A stretch of DNA of 64,000 nucleotides from the NCBI GenBank assembly GCA_050013255.1, contig JBEKFP010000002.1, positions 160,001-224,000 on the forward strand, given 5' to 3'. Positions 30,299 through 38,675 of the stretch are shown here, piece after piece (the first letter of the stretch is position 1; each line of letters opens with the position of its first letter). The notes under the pieces are model-generated. The model was not told where the DNA came from and ran no database searches. It worked only from the letters and a program-made list of their open reading frames with translations. The translations under genes were made by a program, and so were the position numbers. This DNA comes from Candidatus Bathyarchaeia archaeon (GTDB lineage: Archaea; Thermoproteota; Bathyarchaeia; 40CM-2-53-6).

Positions 30299-31147
30299 TC
30301 AAGGCTTGCTGTACCGTTTCTTCATGGCTACTATTACAGTGAACACGATAACGAGGCCGAAGATCGATAGAAATACGGGCAGGAATGCTTCGGATGTATT
30401 CTGGGTTGACCCTGTAGTAGTCAGACTCGAAACGACCGTCCCAATATTCTGAAGCCTTTGGAATGATGTCGTCGTGTATGAGAGGGTTGTGCTCTGGACT
30501 GTTGTATTGTAGGTGTATGCGATGAAGGAAATGGGGTTGTATGCACCGTAGGGTCTTTGTGTAGTAAACAGGAATGCGTACACTCCTGTCTTGGGCGGGG
30601 TCCATTCGAAGTCGTACGAGGAGGCGAATTCCTTCACGATCGAAGGCCCAAAGTTATTTCCACAAAAGTAACCGTTGAACGTATTCAGCTGGTTCAAGTC
30701 TAAGAGATAGAAATTAACCGGGCTTGCAGTCGCAAGATGGACTCTGATTTCCTGTGACGCCATCGCGTTGAACACAAAGTAATCGTAATAGAGGCATATG
30801 TGTTCCGGCGCTTCAAATGAAGGAAGTATCATGAGCCCACTTATCTCTTCATACTGCCCGAGGGTGAATGAGCCTGTTCGGTAATCGTAGTCATATGGCC
30901 TCTGCAGGTAGGCTATCATTCCTGTATTGGTTGCTGTAGAATAGGCCGTTGATGATACAGTCGTGACGATTGTAGATGTGTAGTACTCGGTTATGGTCTG
31001 TGTCATCGAAACTAGCTGGCTACTAGCCGGTTGGTAAGCCAATGGAACGAGAATTCCCGAAATGATCAACATTGCGAGTATCTGTATACGCATCCAATAT
31101 CGCCGACAATCATTTCTTTGATTCTTGTCCGTGCGTGCGAGCGGCAA
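30299..31147 (-). CDS. Secreted Thr-rich protein with C-terminal anchor
   Basis: Signal peptide, Thr-rich linkers, TM followed by KKR. Confidence 0.7.
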   Translation of the reverse strand: MPLARTDKNQRNDCRRYWMRIQILAMLIISGILVPLAYQPASSQLVSMTQTITEYYTSTIVTTVSSTAYSTATNTGMIAYLQRPYDYDYRTGSFTLGQYEEISGLMILPSFEAPEHICLYYDYFVFNAMASQEIRVHLATASPVNFYLLDLNQLNTFNGYFCGNNFGPSIVKEFASSYDFEWTPPKTGVYAFLFTTQRPYGAYNPISFIAYTYNTTVQSTTLSYTTTSFQRLQNIGTVVSSLTTTGSTQNTSEAFLPVFLSIFGLVIVFTVIVAMKKRYSKP

Positions 31148-31271
31148 TTTCGCTCAATTAGCATCGATCGAGCGGCCTCTTAAGCAACATGAAAGTCACC
31201 TTAGCACACTTTTCTTTCGACTCTAGCGAGCTTCGCCGAACGGCTTTGACAAAGAACTCTTTTCACACATT

Positions 31272-31820
31272 TCAAATGATGACACGACGTCGAGTGCGTA
31301 CGATTATGATTCCCGCACTCAACGCGGCGAAAACGATGATTCCCAAGCCAAGATTGAACTCTGGCACTGGCGTAGCGCTACCTACTTGAATGGTCGCATT
31401 ACTTACCCTCTGGTAATCGAACAAGTAAAATCCGTTTGTTCCTCCTGCGCGGATAACATACACGTGAATCCCTAGTGGCCATGTTCCGTTGGATGAAGGG
31501 GTTGTTACAGAATTGATTGCCACGACGGTGAAGTTCGTAGCGCTGTAGCCTATAGGCGTGCTGCTAGATGATACGTAGTTGGAATTCATATCTACTAGGT
31601 CGACTCGAACTGAGTAGTAGTCAAGTCCAGTTGAGGCACATGAACCGGCCACGGTTGTATCCACCTGAATCTCCTCGTTAGGGTTAGCTTGGCGAGGGTA
31701 CGCATATGATACGTTACTGATCTGGCAGCGCGCTGCTGCTACGCTTGAACTTACCAGGAGGCCCAAAAGAAGGCCAGTCAGTAGAATAGAAGCAAACCAA
31801 ACTACATTCTTCATGTTCAA
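31272..31820 (-). CDS. Secreted protein with PEF-CTERM-like sorting signal
   Basis: Signal peptide; C-terminal PVPEF-TM-RTRRR. Confidence 0.75.
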   Translation of the reverse strand: MNMKNVVWFASILLTGLLLGLLVSSSVAAARCQISNVSYAYPRQANPNEEIQVDTTVAGSCASTGLDYYSVRVDLVDMNSNYVSSSSTPIGYSATNFTVVAINSVTTPSSNGTWPLGIHVYVIRAGGTNGFYLFDYQRVSNATIQVGSATPVPEFNLGLGIIVFAALSAGIIIVRTRRRVII

Positions 31821-32215
31821 TCGCCTTCCGTTCTTCGGATGCAGTTGGTAGGCCGAGGGAAAAACTGTTGTGTACCGTGGGTTTCACGGTGTGATTTTTG
31901 GTGGGTAGTTAAACATATTCTGGTTGACTAGATTGGACACACCCAAGCGTCAGGTGTGTCCATTTCCAAAAAGAGGGACAGAGAGCCCCAACCGCCCCAT
32001 AATCCGCGCTGAGGGTACATATGCCTATCAGCTCAGATACCCCAGGTATTATGCACAAGAATGACGGATACCTTTTGACTGCTTGCATCAGCATATCCAC
32101 CTCCCAAGAAAAAACACGAACGGTTGACGGTTTGGCGATTCGCGGTTTTGCTGTTAGGTGGTTAGTTTAGTAGTGGTTTGGTGGTTAGTGGTCCGCGCAT
32201 ACACACGCCTGACAC

Positions 32216-33061
32216 CTAGGTGACGTCTCCCCTCGCTTGACTCTCATCCTGCAGTTTGGCAAGAATCGTTGCAGCGAGATCAAGTGCAACCCTAGCATCT
32301 CGTGAGGAGACGTCACCTGAACCGTGTGCGACCATGTTTCTGATTCGCCAGACAAAAGCTAGCGAATCCGCTGTCATGGGGTCTATAATTGTCTTTGACT
32401 CTAGAAAGCGGTCTAGGTCAAGCACACTGACCCTTTGTTGTGAGTACCCATGCCTCATGGCTAAATCACGCAGGGTTTGTTCCAAATCAATCATCACTCG
32501 CAGGAAAGCCATTTTGGGGTCATCGAGCGACAGAGCCGATTCAACTATGGAATCTACCTTGGCTCGGTTCGCAGGTATTTCCTTAATTTCCTTGGAGAGT
32601 TTGCCTATGTTTATTCTTGATTTCTGGACAATCACAACTGTAAAGAGAAAGCCAATGAGACCCATGACCCAAGAAAACACTGTCTGAATATCCAGACTTG
32701 GAAAATTCGGGATTTTGAATTTCAGAATTTGAGTACCCCAGGCGAAGCCTAACAGGAGAAGACACAAGAACAATCCCGCAGAAACCCACCCCATCATATA
32801 GAGAAACTGTGCAGCTTTGAAAATTCCTCGACTATGTCGTAAAGAAGCAACGCATGTTACAAAAGCTGCTCCGACGAATAATATTACGATTGACAGCAAT
32901 CCCAACGAAAGTGTTCGCAATACATCTGAGACTCCTGCAACAGTTGCAGATAGTCCTATTGCTGCTGCGACGAAACCTATGAGCGTCGCGACTGGTGTTA
33001 AAATGTCACGTGGATGTATCCAGGGGTCTGAATCTGATCCAATGTCTTCTTCGTTACTCAA
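32216..33061 (-). CDS. Multi-TM protein with C-terminal HEPN-like domain
   Basis: 4-5 TM helices, then LEQTLR...RIRNMVAHG (Rx4H). Confidence 0.7.
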   Translation of the reverse strand: MSNEEDIGSDSDPWIHPRDILTPVATLIGFVAAAIGLSATVAGVSDVLRTLSLGLLSIVILFVGAAFVTCVASLRHSRGIFKAAQFLYMMGWVSAGLFLCLLLLGFAWGTQILKFKIPNFPSLDIQTVFSWVMGLIGFLFTVVIVQKSRINIGKLSKEIKEIPANRAKVDSIVESALSLDDPKMAFLRVMIDLEQTLRDLAMRHGYSQQRVSVLDLDRFLESKTIIDPMTADSLAFVWRIRNMVAHGSGDVSSRDARVALDLAATILAKLQDESQARGDVT

Positions 33062-33342
33062 TTCACTCCCCCAAAACCCCTCTCTACTGGACGTCGATTT
33101 CGAAGTCGCAGCAGAAGCTGCAATCCGGAAATGAAGAGGCTTTCCCGCGTTGAAAGCGTTGAATGCGAGGGGGCCCTCCCGCTATCCTTTGCTATGCGCG
33201 GCGTCAATAGCCTAAACATCACAAATCGGCGATAGCCCAATCCTAAGCTTTGAAGCTTGAGCGCGTGTTGTATTTCGTGGACTGACCTGCCAACTCTATT
33301 AGCAAGTTCCTCAAGGTCCTTGTCAAGCACGCTTCGCTTCAT
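33058..33342 (-). CDS. Hypothetical protein, possibly a gene fragment
   Basis: Overlaps both neighbours in the same orientation. Confidence 0.4.
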   Translation of the reverse strand: MKRSVLDKDLEELANRVGRSVHEIQHALKLQSLGLGYRRFVMFRLLTPRIAKDSGRAPSHSTLSTRESLFISGLQLLLRLRNRRPVERGFGGVN

Positions 33343-34621
33343 CTGAACTTGTCTCCATAAGACAGTACACCATTTCTAAGAGAAGCTGTCGTCCTATTGC
33401 GAACGTAGATAGCACTCGGGCTCTAGTATTGATATTCTTCCAATCTTCATCACTTGGGAAGTTGCCGTGCGATGCAATATTGGCAAAAGAAGTGAACGCT
33501 TCAAACCACGCGCGAAGTCGATTGTCGAGGACTTTTTCGTCACAAAGCTTCTTGGCTATATTGTTGATATTTGGTTTCTCAAGCCTTGTAAGGTCAATTG
33601 ACCGTGCTTTCGCTACAACTACCAGGGAATCCTGCACAACAGCACGCAGATCTCTAAGCGCTCCAGCGTAGTCTCTATTCCAAAAAGATTGTTCGGACTT
33701 ACCAAATGAGTCTGATACCTTCGGACCGAAAATTTCGCCAAGGGAGGTCAGCTCTAATCGGTGTAATGCTTCCAAGCCGAAATTATCATCATCTGTATTG
33801 AAGTTTCTAGCCTTTCGAAGCAAGAAACTCTCCAAGGCAGCGTATTCTACGTCATAAGTCTTGACAGTGGTCTTCTCGCCAAGATCGACAATCAATTGCT
33901 CGATGCGTCTATAGTGTTTGTAAGCTCCACCACTGTCTAACCCCGATGAATCGCAAAAGAATATCCATAATCCCTGGGACGCTATACTATCCGCAAGGAT
34001 TGCATAACTATATGATCTATCCCAGAAGTCATCGCTTACGTGTCTGAGCTTTAGAATCGTGACTGGCCCTGAATTTTGAAGACCTCTCATCAGTAATTTG
34101 AACTCGCTCATAGTGGGCCAAGGTTCGAGAGGCGCTCCCCAAACGCGGATGTAATCGTCTCCAAACAAATTCTCAAGGTTTATTGGCTTATGCCGCAGAT
34201 GGAATGTGTAAACAGCCCACGCCGCCCACCGCTCCAAGAATTTCGGGTGCCCACACATCGACGCGATATCTTGCTCAAAATGAAATGGTGGTGCATACTC
34301 TTCGTATGTGATTTCCAGATACGCATGAACCTCTGGATTGATCCTTGCTGCCGAGCCTTCATATTCTAAATCAACGTTGAAGATGAAGCTTGGCCCTGAA
34401 GGGGAGGTTCCAGAAGCTCTAAAGAAGAAGTCTGCTTGACCTTCATACTCTTTCTTAGCGAGTTCTAACGTTTCGGTGTCGATTCCTAGATCTAGAGCTA
34501 TCTGTCGCGCTGCAGGGTCGAACTGTGACTTTAGTCCTTCAACATTGAGACGGACCCTCATTCCAACGTCGCGAAGACTCGTAGTAAACACCTTGGCGAC
34601 ACGAGCATGAACAAGTTCCAC
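33323..34621 (-). CDS. Hypothetical protein with C-terminal HEPN/DUF4145-like helical domain
   Basis: YAGALRDLRAVVQ...FANIASHG. Confidence 0.65.
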   Translation of the reverse strand: MELVHARVAKVFTTSLRDVGMRVRLNVEGLKSQFDPAARQIALDLGIDTETLELAKKEYEGQADFFFRASGTSPSGPSFIFNVDLEYEGSAARINPEVHAYLEITYEEYAPPFHFEQDIASMCGHPKFLERWAAWAVYTFHLRHKPINLENLFGDDYIRVWGAPLEPWPTMSEFKLLMRGLQNSGPVTILKLRHVSDDFWDRSYSYAILADSIASQGLWIFFCDSSGLDSGGAYKHYRRIEQLIVDLGEKTTVKTYDVEYAALESFLLRKARNFNTDDDNFGLEALHRLELTSLGEIFGPKVSDSFGKSEQSFWNRDYAGALRDLRAVVQDSLVVVAKARSIDLTRLEKPNINNIAKKLCDEKVLDNRLRAWFEAFTSFANIASHGNFPSDEDWKNINTRARVLSTFAIGRQLLLEMVYCLMETSSDEAKRA

Positions 34622-34652
34622 AACTAGTATTTTACCCCAACTAGTATTTTAC
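34621..34652. repeat. Tandem direct repeat CAACTAGTATTTTAC x2
   Basis: Identical 15-mers at 34621-34635 and 34638-34652. Confidence 0.9.
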
Positions 34653-34795
34653 TTTCTTTGAGCTCTCGGAGTGGCTGGTTTTCGTCTGCGTGGTTTTATG
34701 GTTGCATTGGATGTGTGAATTTCTTGTGTGGTTTGAGTTTGAGGCCTGATGAGGATACTGTGTTGGATTCTATGTTGACGGTTGCTGGGAAGTTG

Positions 34796-35098
34796 CTACT
34801 CCTGGTTGAAGCGGCGCCCGGATGCAAGTGTGGTGGTAACTGCGGGTTTTGCTGTTTCAGGTTCGTTCCGTTCGTAGGCTCTCACCTTGGCCTCTAGGGC
34901 GAGCTTGGTGATCGTCCAATCTTCCACCTGCTCCTGCGTCGACTTCAACTGATCCTTAAAGCGAATCGCATCCTCAGCATTGCCCGGCAGCGATCGCCTC
35001 ATCCTCTTCCGCGCCAAATTTGCAAGTTCCGAGTTAGCGTTCCTGATCTTCAACTTCGCATCATCCAGGCGCCTCTGACATTCTTGTCTTACAGGCAT
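34796..35098 (-). CDS. Coiled-coil hypothetical protein
   Basis: ATG start, heptad-like charged sequence. Confidence 0.5.
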   Translation of the reverse strand: MPVRQECQRRLDDAKLKIRNANSELANLARKRMRRSLPGNAEDAIRFKDQLKSTQEQVEDWTITKLALEAKVRAYERNEPETAKPAVTTTLASGRRFNQE

Positions 35099-35300
35099 GG
35101 TTCACAAACAATGGTATGGGGATGTCACGCGTGACAGGAGGGCGATCACACGCAGGTGCATTCGAAGTGTTCCACGTTCAACTCGTTGCAGAGGTCAACG
35201 ACCATGTAGTTGGTCCCCGGCGACTAACTACATGGTCAGGAGGCATGACGGCCGGGAGGCCCTACCCCCCCAGGGGGGGTGTCAGACATCCAAATATTAG

Positions 35301-35450
35301 GTGTCGGACAGGCAGCTCCCTGGGCGTAACCCGCTCCCACCCCTGCTGTTTATGCTGCCACCACATTCACCGGTTGAAGTGGGACCGGTTCACCTTCCGC
35401 GTATCAATATCCAAACGACCAAGCCAAAACCCCACAGGATCCTCAGGAAC
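35301..35450 (-). pseudogene. Fragment resembling the N-terminus of an archaeal tyrosine integrase
   Basis: Hand translation VPEDPVGFWLGRLDIDTRKVNRSHFNR*MWWQHKQQGWERVTPREL; in-frame TGA; ~100 nt downstream of the tRNA CCA. Confidence 0.4.
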
Positions 35451-35547
35451 CCGCCCCCCACACGCCGCACAAGACGCAACGAAGCAGGCTGGGACATGTT
35501 CGTTATCCCACGCGGGTAACCAAGTCCAAGTAATTAACAAGGACCGT

Positions 35548-35707
35548 TGGTAGCCCGGGGGAGATTCGAATTCGGGGTTGTGTCCACCTCTCCCGTCGGC
35601 AGGTCTCTCCTCTGGTGGAGGGATCCAGAGCCTTCTATTGGCTGATATCTGGCGCCAATGCTATGCATAGTCCCACGTGTGTGGATTGACCACTACACCA
35701 CCGGGCT
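35548..35707 (-). tRNA. tRNA-Gln(CUG) with four introns (21/22, 29/30, 37/38, 53/54); CCA encoded
   Basis: Exons 35707-35686, 35666-35659, 35632-35625, 35604-35590 and 35570-35548 join into a 76-nt cloverleaf AGCCCGG TG GTGT AGTGGTCAA GCAT A GCAGG CT CTG GA CCTGC CGAC GGGAG TTCGAAT CTCCC CCGGGCT A CCA. Confidence 0.9.
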
Positions 35708-35732
35708 ACCGGGTGCCACCCAGCTGAATTGG

Positions 35733-35749
35733 CTTATCTTAAGATTTCG
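35733..35749 (-). promoter_or_regulatory. Putative BRE/TATA promoter of the tRNA
   Basis: CGAAATCTTAAGATAAG on the - strand, ~30 nt upstream of tRNA position 1. Confidence 0.5.
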
Positions 35750-35814
35750 TTGGATTAAGCAAAGCGTAGCATGTCCAAACTGCATTGAAGATAACTTAGA
35801 ATAGGTAGACCTGT

Positions 35815-36618
35815 TTGAATGAAGAGAGAGTAACCTTGAGCCGTAAGGGGTCCCCAATGTCCCTTCAGCTTGTAATGACCGCCATGAACGCGGCCGTTTA
35901 CGCTGGCATTGGAGCCCTATGGACCGCTTTCCCCCTGCTAATCTTCGGAGTGAGATTCTGGCCCCAAGTGTTCGTGCCCGCCACTTTCAGCGTGCTCTTT
36001 GGCCCTTGGGTAGGCGGGGTCGGCGCGGCAATCGGTATTTTCCTCGCAGACGTGATCTATGGTCATCACGACGCCCTCCTAAGTTTCCTAGTTGGGGTTC
36101 CATCAAATTTCATTGGATTTTTCGTCATCGGTTGGTTAACTCGGAGGAGTTATCGAGGAATAGCAAAACGCCTTCTCATCACCGCCAGTCTGGTCGTTCA
36201 ACCAGTCTATGCATTGGCGTTAGCTTATGGCCTATACGTGCTCCTTGGAGCCGCCAGTCTTGGCTCACCCAACTCTTACCTGGGATTAGCGGGATTATTC
36301 GTCGTATTTGTCTTACTTGCCTTATTCCTCCTTCGCAACAAGTGGGCTGATTTTGAAGTTGCAGCGTCGATCGGCCTTGCGATTGGGACTGGGATTATTG
36401 GAGTAGGAATTGTTGTGTACAGCGCGATTTTCGGTCTGCCTTTAGCCGTTGGGCTTGGCACGAAACCGCTGAGTAACATTTTCGTCTACGTCGTGGCGTC
36501 ATCAAATTATTTTTCGGAGATTCCTTTCATGGTCATACTTACTCCACCTGTTGTGGCGGCATGTCGGGCAGCCTTTCCGAGTTTGCGCGGCCTCGTTCCT
36601 AACCCGCCAAAGAAATAA
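35815..36618 (+). CDS. ECF transporter S component (QueT-like)
   Basis: GVRFWPQVFVPA.F..LFGPWVGGVGAAIG.FL.D. Confidence 0.8.
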   Translation: MNEERVTLSRKGSPMSLQLVMTAMNAAVYAGIGALWTAFPLLIFGVRFWPQVFVPATFSVLFGPWVGGVGAAIGIFLADVIYGHHDALLSFLVGVPSNFIGFFVIGWLTRRSYRGIAKRLLITASLVVQPVYALALAYGLYVLLGAASLGSPNSYLGLAGLFVVFVLLALFLLRNKWADFEVAASIGLAIGTGIIGVGIVVYSAIFGLPLAVGLGTKPLSNIFVYVVASSNYFSEIPFMVILTPPVVAACRAAFPSLRGLVPNPPKK

Positions 36619-36631
36619 CGGGCTCTAATCA

Positions 36632-37579
36632 TTGCCAGCCTCCGAAGCAACATGCCCGGCTGGCATTTCGAGTTTCTTCGAAGTATGTGAAACGGACCAC
36701 GCCGGAAACTCGATCATCGATCCCGCTCGAATCGGTGCCAGGGGCGGAGGCTTCGCAATCGCCAACGGAGTAACATCAAAGGTAACAACTAGAAAGGCAT
36801 CGAAGTCCCGGGTCAACATCCGTATCAATTCAAAACCTGCACCAGAGGCACAAACCACTCGATGGGCCATTAATAAAATCCTGAGAACAGGAGGAGCCGT
36901 CGTGGAGGTTCATGTGGATTTGAGGCTCAGAGTACCAATCGGAGCCGGTTTCGGAACTAGTGCCGCAGGCACTTTAGCAAGCTGCTTAGCCTTGGCGGAC
37001 GCGCTTAATTTTCCGATGACCCTGAACGATTTGGGGCGGATAACGCATATCGCTGAAGTTGTAAACAAGACGGGCCTGGGAACTGCGTCGGCGATGTTGA
37101 CCGGCGGTTTTGTTCTAGTTACAGAACCTGGGGCGCCCGGCATCGGTTCAGTGGATCGGTTGTTGTACCCTGAAGACCATGTGGTACTGTGTGCTTACCT
37201 AGGCCCTATCTCAACCCGCGATGTCCTCTCTCGGTCGGACTTGGCCAACAGGGTCAATCCTGCGGCGCGCAGAGCGATGGCCAGTATCCGCCAGAAACCG
37301 GAATTGCACACGTTTCTGAGCGAGGCACGGCAATTCGGTGAAACGGTCGGTTTCCAATCCCCCAATGTTGCACGTCTGATTGAAGCAACGGTCTCGGCAG
37401 GGGCTGTTGGCGCAGCACAGAATATGATCGGCGAAGCAGTCCACGGGGTGATTCATAGTGACAAAGCTAACCGGGCGCTCGTCAAACTTCGAAAAGAATT
37501 CCCCTCAGCTACGATATTTGTTAGCAATCTAGATACGAGGGGCGTTCGCCTGGTAGAGCGAGCCAATCCAAAGCACTAA
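36632..37579 (+). CDS. Pantoate kinase (GHMP family)
   Basis: CPAGISSFF, PIGAGFGTSAA, HIAEV..KTGLG, QNMIGEAV. Confidence 0.85.
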   Translation: MPASEATCPAGISSFFEVCETDHAGNSIIDPARIGARGGGFAIANGVTSKVTTRKASKSRVNIRINSKPAPEAQTTRWAINKILRTGGAVVEVHVDLRLRVPIGAGFGTSAAGTLASCLALADALNFPMTLNDLGRITHIAEVVNKTGLGTASAMLTGGFVLVTEPGAPGIGSVDRLLYPEDHVVLCAYLGPISTRDVLSRSDLANRVNPAARRAMASIRQKPELHTFLSEARQFGETVGFQSPNVARLIEATVSAGAVGAAQNMIGEAVHGVIHSDKANRALVKLRKEFPSATIFVSNLDTRGVRLVERANPKH

Positions 37580-37617
37580 ATGCGTTCTACCACCAGCACC
37601 GAGAGCGTTGCATTGCG

Positions 37618-38136
37618 ATGGTGCGGCAGGTAAGTCAAAAGCGTAAGCAAGTCGGATCAAAGCCGCAGGAGAGATACCGCGTCGTCGCTATGGGCGGTAC
37701 CTTTGATGTCCTGCACAGAGGTCACAGGAGGCTCCTAAAGCAAGCCTTCAGTATCGGGCGGAGGGTTATGATCGGAATCACTAGCGATGAGTTTGCGAGG
37801 ACACTGCATAAGCCTCACAGATTTGACGCCTACGCGAAAAGGAAGAGAGACGTTGAGCGTCTACTCTCGCGGTGGGGCGTGTTGTCAAGAGCGGAAATTG
37901 TTCCGTTAACCGATCGTTATGGGCCTACGGTTCGTGAATCAAAAATCCAAGCGCTTGTTGTGAGTCGACGTACGCTCCAAACAGCGTACGAGATAAATGC
38001 TCGAAGGAAAGCCCACGGCCTGAAACCACTAATCCTCGATCCGATCGATTTGATTATGGCGGAGGACAGGCGCCCGATATCATCGACGCGAATTCGTCGT
38101 GGGCGTATAGACCGCGAGGGCCGTCTGCTCCAATAA
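37618..38136 (+). CDS. coaD: Phosphopantetheine adenylyltransferase (archaeal)
   Basis: GGTFDVLHRGH, GITSDEF, DRYGP, ISSTRIR. Confidence 0.9.
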   Translation: MVRQVSQKRKQVGSKPQERYRVVAMGGTFDVLHRGHRRLLKQAFSIGRRVMIGITSDEFARTLHKPHRFDAYAKRKRDVERLLSRWGVLSRAEIVPLTDRYGPTVRESKIQALVVSRRTLQTAYEINARRKAHGLKPLILDPIDLIMAEDRRPISSTRIRRGRIDREGRLLQ

Positions 38137-38255
38137 GCCCCTCAAAGAGAATTCAAAATTCTTTGAACAAACGAGCTAGTTCAGAAAACTCACTGCCGCA
38201 GAAACCCTGCCTAGAACTTCACATAATACACGCTTTGGTGGGCAGAAAGTCCCTA

Positions 38256-38675
38256 CTACACATACGCCCATAGCTTGTACGCAGGTGACTGCTTGCAGAT
38301 CCGGGTGCAAGTGCAGACTGGTTTCGGGGCAAATTCGGCGGGGACCCACGTTTCTAACGAGAACAGGACTTCCTGCTGCCCGCACTTTAGGCAGAAAACG
38401 CCCTCCATGGTCCATGCGAAGTGGTCGCTCCCGCAGGTGCATATAGGTTCGGCGTACTCGAAGTCAGCGCTCGAAAGGCGACGGCTATGGGCAATCAGTT
38501 GGAGGTTCGAATATCGGCGTCTCTTCCATTCCAAGTAGCAAGATTTGTTTCCACAAAGCTTGCGAGGCCTTCCGAAGAGATACTGCATCTGCTGGCCACA
38601 GATGATGCAGCGGCTGGTTTGCTCCAAGAATCCTGACTCCGGTCTTATTCTCTCGTCAGTTTTTTCATCTGTCAC
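38256..38675 (-). CDS. Cys-rich multi-zinc-finger protein
   Basis: CIICG...LCGNKSC; CTCG...CLKCG; CTC...C. Confidence 0.6.
   Translation of the reverse strand: MTDEKTDERIRPESGFLEQTSRCIICGQQMQYLFGRPRKLCGNKSCYLEWKRRRYSNLQLIAHSRRLSSADFEYAEPICTCGSDHFAWTMEGVFCLKCGQQEVLFSLETWVPAEFAPKPVCTCTRICKQSPAYKLWAYV

Larger units (their letters stand above)
31844..35562 (-). mobile_element. Putative decayed island integrated at the tRNA-Gln 3' end
   Basis: 15/17-nt copy of the tRNA 3' end at 31844-31860; integrase-like fragment next to the tRNA; orphan HEPN-like genes and gene fragments. Confidence 0.45.

Noticed and set aside
35097-35553. Plus-strand ORFs of 67-145 aa beside the tRNA
   Set aside because: Low-complexity translations over palindromic DNA; the opposite strand gives the more protein-like fragment.
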